Below the pieces are notes generated by a model. It did no database searches and was not told the DNA's origin. It saw only the letters and a list, made by a program, of their open reading frames with translations. The position numbers were made by a program, and so were the translations under genes. DNA of 64,000 nucleotides from Thermoplasmata archaeon (GTDB lineage Archaea; Thermoplasmatota; Thermoplasmata; Lutacidiplasmatales; UBA184), in the NCBI GenBank assembly GCA_049591535.1, contig JBAWFC010000042.1, positions 437 to 64,436 on the forward strand. Direction: 5' to 3'. Positions 59,118-64,000 of this stretch are shown one piece after another. Position 1 is the stretch's first letter; each line of letters begins with the position of its first letter.

Positions 59118-59168
59118 CTCCGTCCCCTCGGAAGGGGGGCGGAGCGAACCACTTCCGACCCTCTTTTT
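59118..59168 (+). terminator. Imperfect GC hairpin plus a T5 run after the first pilin gene
   Basis: CTCCGTCCCC-TCGGAA-GGGGGGCGGAG (59118-59144) is followed by CTTTTTC (59162-59168). Oligo-T tracts are the usual archaeal termination signal. Confidence 0.35.
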
Positions 59169-59341
59169 CACTCGAACCTCCGGCGGCGGACCCGCCGGCA
59201 CGGGGCTCGGCTCGCGGACCTATAGAATGGGGCGACCCGGGGGCGAAAACCTCCTCACGATCCGTGGAATTTCGTCGGAACGTCTAAATACCCCGCGCCC
59301 GCCTATTCGAGAATACTCGTCTGGGAGGTACGGCCAAACGC

Positions 59342-60520
59342 ATGGTTCTTGGGCACCCCGTCGGCGGCCGTCGAGTCCCGCGAGGAGTTGCCCGATCCCG
59401 CCGCGGCCGCCGGTGGCGATCCCGACGTGGGGTGGCGGAAGTCGTTGCAACAATCATTCTCCTTGCGTTGACCGTCACCCTGTTCTCGGCGATCTTCGCG
59501 TTCGTTACTTCATTCCCCTCTCCGCCGTCCCAGTCTTCCAACCAGTTCCAAGCGACGTTGCAGTACGCGACGAACTCCTCAAGCCACGCCTCGCCGAAGC
59601 CGACCGCGATCAGCGGAGTGAGCATCCTGCATCTCGCCGGGCCCACCGTTTCCGTGGGCGCGCGGGTCTACCTCAAGTCCGCGAGCAATCCGAACGGGCC
59701 GGTCTTCCAGAGCGCGTACGTCACGACCTCGAACTGGAACCTGGGTCAGAGCTACAGCGTCGCGTTCCCCACGGGCCAGTACGACCCGCTGGGCGACAAC
59801 ATCACCGTCTACATCATCTCCCAGTCGACCCTCTTGTTCAGCGCGATCCTGCCCGGGCAGTCGATCGCGGTGCCGCCGACCTTCCTCTCGACCGCCGTCA
59901 CGCCGGGGAACCCCGACGTCGGGGCCGTCTTCAACGTCTCGACGGTGATCGCGGGAACCCCGAAGACCTACGGGACCTACATCACCCTCTCCGGGATTCC
60001 GGGCCTCACAGCGACGCCCGAGAAGATGACCTACAGCGCCACCACGGGCACGTTCTACTTCGTGGTGTCGGTCGCCTACGGGGCGACCACCGAGAACGGG
60101 ACCTACTACGCGTTCATCAACGCTTCGGGGACCAGCGGCGGGACCGCGAGTACCGGGGTCCCGATCACGTTCGTGACGCCGACGACCTCGACCGGCACCC
60201 TTGCCAGCGGCGGACCGACGGGTCTCCTGACCTCGACCCAGACGATCGTGACCTACACACCGAGCGCGACGGCCCAGTTCCGCATCTCCTGGACTCTCTC
60301 CTGCAAGACCGGGACCACGACCCCGACGCTGAAGGTCACCTGGACCGACCCGACGCTGGGGGCCCAATCCTACACGCTCTACGCGACTTCGATGGCCACC
60401 GGCGCCACAACGAACGGAGTGTACACGCTGGTGTCGACCGCGACCGTGATCACTATCACGGCCAGCGAGAACACTGGCTCCAACCGGATCTACGCGACCG
60501 TCTCCGTCAGCAACCCGTAG
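59342..60520 (+). CDS. Archaeal type IV pilin-like protein, large (392 aa)
   Basis: It has an Arg-rich n-region of about 30 aa, then RRG-VAEVVATIILLALTVTLFSAIFAFV. The globular part is Thr/Ser-rich with N-x-S/T sequons. TCTAAATAC lies about 55 nt and GGGAGGT 13 nt upstream of the ATG. Confidence 0.7.
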   Translation: MVLGHPVGGRRVPRGVARSRRGRRWRSRRGVAEVVATIILLALTVTLFSAIFAFVTSFPSPPSQSSNQFQATLQYATNSSSHASPKPTAISGVSILHLAGPTVSVGARVYLKSASNPNGPVFQSAYVTTSNWNLGQSYSVAFPTGQYDPLGDNITVYIISQSTLLFSAILPGQSIAVPPTFLSTAVTPGNPDVGAVFNVSTVIAGTPKTYGTYITLSGIPGLTATPEKMTYSATTGTFYFVVSVAYGATTENGTYYAFINASGTSGGTASTGVPITFVTPTTSTGTLASGGPTGLLTSTQTIVTYTPSATAQFRISWTLSCKTGTTTPTLKVTWTDPTLGAQSYTLYATSMATGATTNGVYTLVSTATVITITASENTGSNRIYATVSVSNP

Positions 60521-60713
60521 TCCGCGGAACCAACCCCGCGGCGGTCGCCGCAGTGACCCGGGTCCTGGTTTCGGTGAGGGGACGGCCCTTCTTCTCGTTC
60601 GACGAACGGCGCGGCGCCCCCGTTCGTTCGCTGGGACGAAACCGCCGGAGCGAGCGGGGGGGCCTGCCCTGGGACGGGGGGAGGCTCGGGGCAGATTCCG
60701 CGGACCCGTCGGG

Positions 60714-61796
60714 TCAGTTGGACTTTCCCGAAGGGAGCGGGGCGCTGCCGGACCGCGCCGATAGGTCTGCGCCACACTTCCAGCACGTCTTCTCGTTCGC
60801 GTAGACCACCGCGCCGCAGCTCGGGCAGCTGCCTTCCTTCGCGGCGGCGGAGGAGACCGGAGCGACGGCCGGGGGCCCGCGGCCCGGGGCCGCGGCGTTC
60901 GGCAAGGAGGGGGAAGAGTCCTCCGCCGGGGGCGGTCCGGCGGCCCGCCGCGCGGCGTCGGCGCGCGTGCGTTCGCGGCGCTTGAAGATCATGTAGATCA
61001 GGAGGACGAAGTAGAACGGAGCACCGAGGAACAGGAAGTCGTCGAAATAGAGGGTGAGCAGCAGGGACGCATAGGTCGTCGTGAAGTCTCCGACGACGGG
61101 TCCCTCGATCCCGTTGTAGGTGGGGTCGCCGACCAGGAAGATGTAGGCGAGCGCGTGCGTCGAGGTGTTGCTGACGGTGACGCTCATCTGCCAGTCCCAG
61201 ATCCCGACGCTGCCGATCGCGAGGTGGAACGAGACGTTGGTCTCGGTGGTTGTGTTGCTCGCGAAAGTGTAGTTGAGGATCGTGATCGGGTACGGCGCTG
61301 TACAGACCGGGGAGTCGTTTCCGGTGGCGCCCGGACAGCTCGATACGTACAGGTTGAGCCAGAGCGGGGTGGAATTCCCGGGAGGAACGTAGTTCGGAAA
61401 CACCGTCACCGTCCAGGTGAAGTTCGTCGACGTTCCGCCGACGTAGGGGGTCACCACGGCGTTCTGGAGTACGGCGCCGCCGTTCCCGCTCGGGAGGCTG
61501 GTGCTCGAGGAGGAGGCGGGCACGGGCGTCATGATGTCCTGCGTGATCACGAGGTTCGAGATCGGGGCGACCAGGAGAAGGATGACGAGGCCCGACAGCG
61601 CGAGGTAGCGCGGGGCCTTCAGCCCCGACCAGATCGGGACCGCGAGGCCGAAGAGCAGCATCGCCGGGATCGCGACGAGCGTGTCGACGTAGACGTAGGT
61701 CGCGAAGACCACGAGGATCGCGAGCGCGAGGAGGAGGGCCTTTCCGACGGGCTTCTGAAGGAAACGCCTAAAGCCGCTCGGCTGCTGTTGCTGCAC
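60714..61796 (-). CDS. Membrane protein with an extracytoplasmic sequon-rich domain and a C-terminal zinc ribbon
   Basis: It has three N-terminal TM helices, a domain with several N-x-S/T sequons, a fourth TM helix (FLFLGAPFYFVLLIYMIF), then a basic/Pro-rich linker and CPSCGAVVYANEKTCWKCG. Confidence 0.6.
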   Translation of the reverse strand: MQQQQPSGFRRFLQKPVGKALLLALAILVVFATYVYVDTLVAIPAMLLFGLAVPIWSGLKAPRYLALSGLVILLLVAPISNLVITQDIMTPVPASSSSTSLPSGNGGAVLQNAVVTPYVGGTSTNFTWTVTVFPNYVPPGNSTPLWLNLYVSSCPGATGNDSPVCTAPYPITILNYTFASNTTTETNVSFHLAIGSVGIWDWQMSVTVSNTSTHALAYIFLVGDPTYNGIEGPVVGDFTTTYASLLLTLYFDDFLFLGAPFYFVLLIYMIFKRRERTRADAARRAAGPPPAEDSSPSLPNAAAPGRGPPAVAPVSSAAAKEGSCPSCGAVVYANEKTCWKCGADLSARSGSAPLPSGKSN

Positions 61797-61830
61797 GGAA
61801 CGGGAGGCAAGGCCGGCCGCCCTTTATTAG

Positions 61831-63168
61831 GTGATGGCAGCGACCGATTCCAATTCCCTCGACGGGGCGTCCGGAGTGGCGCTGATCGTCCTCGACGGCC
61901 TCGGCGACCGGCCCCATCCGGACACCGGAGGGAAGAGCCCGGTCGAGGCGGCCGCGACCCCGAACCTGGACTCCCTCGTGCGCCGGGGCCGTTTCGGGCA
62001 GGTCGTCGTCGTCGGCCCCGGGATCGCCCCCGAGTCCGACGCCGGGGTCTTCGCGCTGCTCGGGTACGACCCTGTCCACGACTCTCCCGGGCGTGGCGTG
62101 CTCGAGGCGCTCGGGGTCGACGTACCCCTCTCGGTCGGCGACGTCGCCCTTCGACTCAATTTCGCGACGTGCGACGGGAGCGGCGCGATCCTCGACTCCC
62201 GCGTGGGCCGGTCGCTCTCGACCACCGAGGCGGAGGCCCTGGCCCGGAGCCTGACGACGGCGGACCTCCTGGCCGCCGACGGGATTCGCGCGGAGGTCCG
62301 CGCCACGGTGGGGCATCGGGGGGTCCTCTGGCTCCACCCGACCTCGGGGGGCCCGCTCTCTCCCCAGGTGTCGAACGCAGACCCGTTCTACGAGAAGGTC
62401 GGCGGCATGGGCCGGGCGCGACGGCCCACGGCCCCGACGATCCAGACCGTCGAGCCGCTCGATGGTACCCCAGAGGCAGCGCGAACGGCGCGGGCGCTCA
62501 ACCGGTTCCTTCCGGCGGCGGCCAACGCCCTGGCGGGCCATACGGTCAACGCCCGTCGTGCGCTCGCGGGCAAGAAGGTCGCCAACGCGTTGCTCGTTCG
62601 GAACGCCGGTACGCTGCCGGAACACCCCCTTCCGTCGTTCGTGACCGCGACGGGGATCCGCGGCGCGTCGCTCACGGAGATGCCGGTAGAGCGGGGCATC
62701 GCGCGGGTCCTCGGGCTCGAGGACCGGTACGTCGGGCCGATGGGCCCGGACCGCGATGCCGGATACCGGGAACGGGCCCGGATCGCCCGCGAGCTCCTCA
62801 ACGACCATCCGTTCGTCTACGTCCATTTGAAAGGCCCGGACGAGCCGGGCCACGACGGGAACGCGCTGCTGAAGCAGGAGGTCGTGGAAGCGATCGACCG
62901 TTCGTTTTTCGGCCCGTTCCTGGAAGGATTCGACCTCGAACGGTACCGGATCGCCGTCACGGCCGACCACGCCACACCGGCCGTGCTGAAGGGACACGCC
63001 GACGATCCCGTTCCGCTCCTCCTCGTGGGCGCGGGGGTGACGCCGGACGCTGCGGGGGGTTCGTGGGGATTCAGCGAGACGTCCGCGGCAAGGGGGTCCC
63101 TCGGGACGCGTGCCGGGGGTCAGGTCCTCTCGTTACTACTGCACCCCTCGGGCCGCACGTCCGCATGA
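61831..63168 (+). CDS. apgM: 2,3-bisphosphoglycerate-independent phosphoglycerate mutase, archaeal type
   Basis: It reads ALIVLDGLGDRP...TPNLD...PGIAPESDAG...VYVHLKGPDEPGHDG...VTADHATP. The length is 445 aa. Confidence 0.85.
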   Translation: MMAATDSNSLDGASGVALIVLDGLGDRPHPDTGGKSPVEAAATPNLDSLVRRGRFGQVVVVGPGIAPESDAGVFALLGYDPVHDSPGRGVLEALGVDVPLSVGDVALRLNFATCDGSGAILDSRVGRSLSTTEAEALARSLTTADLLAADGIRAEVRATVGHRGVLWLHPTSGGPLSPQVSNADPFYEKVGGMGRARRPTAPTIQTVEPLDGTPEAARTARALNRFLPAAANALAGHTVNARRALAGKKVANALLVRNAGTLPEHPLPSFVTATGIRGASLTEMPVERGIARVLGLEDRYVGPMGPDRDAGYRERARIARELLNDHPFVYVHLKGPDEPGHDGNALLKQEVVEAIDRSFFGPFLEGFDLERYRIAVTADHATPAVLKGHADDPVPLLLVGAGVTPDAAGGSWGFSETSAARGSLGTRAGGQVLSLLLHPSGRTSA

Positions 63169-64000
63169 AGGGTCGTGCGCTCGTCGTTCCACGAAGCCGG
63201 GGAGAGTTGGTCCGGCGGCGGCTGCGGGAGGAGGGCTTGCTCCGCCCCGACCGGACCATCTTGCGCGAGGGGGATCGTCTCGCCTTCCCGGTCGTGGAGG
63301 ACCGGCTCGTGCCCGAGGGCCTCGGGGAGCTCTCCGAGCGTGCGTTCGAGACCGCCCGGCCCGCGGGTCCGAGCGACTATCGGCAGCGGCTCTCCCGTAC
63401 TGTCCCGGACGTAGGGCGCCTCCCTCGGGCGTTCGATGTCGTCGGGGACATCGTCCTGATCCGGATCCCTCCCGAACTCGCGTCGCATGCCTCGGAGGTC
63501 GGGGAGGCACTCCTCGCCTTCGTACCGGGGGCTCGGGTCGTCGGTTCGGACCACGGGGTCCACGGCGCGGAGCGGCGCCGGTCGCTCGAGCGGATCGCGG
63601 GGGTCGGGGACTGGCGGACCCGTCACCGCGAGAACGGCGTCGAGATCGAGGTCGACCTCGAGCGAGCGTACTTCTCTCCCCGACTCGCGCGCGAACACTC
63701 CCGGGTGGCGGAAGAGGTCCGCGAGGGGGAGCGAGTGTACGACCTCTGCTGCGGGGTCGGCCCGTTCGCCCTCACGATCGCCCGGGGAGGCCATGCGGCC
63801 CGGATCACCGCCGTCGATTCGAACCCGGAGGCCGTCTCGCTCCTGCGAGTCGCCCAATCGCGCCGGCCGTTCGGAGCGCGCATCACCGTCGTCGAAGCGC
63901 GCGTCGAGGAGTTCGTGGGGGCCGCGGAACCCGTCGAGCGCGTCGTTCTGAACCTTCCCCACGAAGGGATTAAGTATCTACCCTCGGTGGCACGAACGGT
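63165..64000 (+). CDS. trm5: tRNA (guanine37-N1)-methyltransferase Trm5/Taw2-family (Met-10+ domain); 3' end lies outside the window
   Basis: My own translation from ATG 63165, which overlaps the apgM stop (ATGA), reads ...FDVVGDIVLIRIP...RHRENGVEIEVDLERAYFSPRLAREHSRV...VYDLCCGVGPFALTIA...VLNLPH. It is absent from the track because it runs off the window. Confidence 0.8.
   Translation, partial: MKGRALVVPRSRGELVRRRLREEGLLRPDRTILREGDRLAFPVVEDRLVPEGLGELSERAFETARPAGPSDYRQRLSRTVPDVGRLPRAFDVVGDIVLIRIPPELASHASEVGEALLAFVPGARVVGSDHGVHGAERRRSLERIAGVGDWRTRHRENGVEIEVDLERAYFSPRLAREHSRVAEEVREGERVYDLCCGVGPFALTIARGGHAARITAVDSNPEAVSLLRVAQSRRPFGARITVVEARVEEFVGAAEPVERVVLNLPHEGIKYLPSVART

Noticed and set aside
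63800-63830. GATTCGAACCCGGAGG, the reverse complement of a T-arm-like GGGTTCGAATC.
   Set aside because: It lies inside the well-supported trm5 coding frame (…AVDSNPEAV…). The flanking sequence cannot form acceptor, D or anticodon arms.

Overview
The window is a very GC-rich (judged by eye, not computed), almost fully coding stretch of an archaeal chromosome. Archaeal markers include topoisomerase VI A/B, primase PriS, FEN1, a RIO kinase plus KH/Dim2 gene pair, ribosomal protein eL41, archaeal-type ApgM, Trm5, class III signal-peptide pilins and TATA-box/leaderless gene starts. A thermopsin (peptidase A5) domain, a tricorn-F1-like proline iminopeptidase and an 11-subunit Nuo complex suggest a Thermoplasmatota-like lineage; this is inference only.

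About 65 genes are supported. The main ones are:
- a complete nuoABCDHIJKLMN operon (no nuoEFG), followed directly by a geranylgeranyl-reductase homolog and a polyprenyl synthase
- sucCD, coaBC, katG, top6AB and ftcD
- an aquaporin and a ZIP transporter
- an SPFH/NfeD pair
- one tRNA-His

No rRNA, CRISPR array, transposase or integrase was seen. Many long ORFs in the track are Arg/Pro/Gly-rich alternative-frame artefacts of high GC and were not called.

The observations most worth a second look are:
1. A tandem ribbon-helix-helix protein followed by an FtsZ/tubulin GTPase-domain protein that lacks the C-terminal T7 domain (55.2-56.7 kb). It sits next to two AT-rich islands that share exact 9-10 nt motifs and iteron-like repeats.
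2. A NuoI subunit carrying four, not two, 4Fe-4S motifs in a complex that lacks NuoEFG.
3. tRNA-His with a 32-nt insertion in the T-loop.
4. An unlisted eL41 gene lying wholly antisense inside the stop-less tail of the proline iminopeptidase ORF.
5. A 1545-aa thermopsin / beta-helix / 8-9x ~85-aa repeat surface protein.
6. Two orphan pilin-like genes.

All functional calls come from reading the translated sequences; no database search was run.
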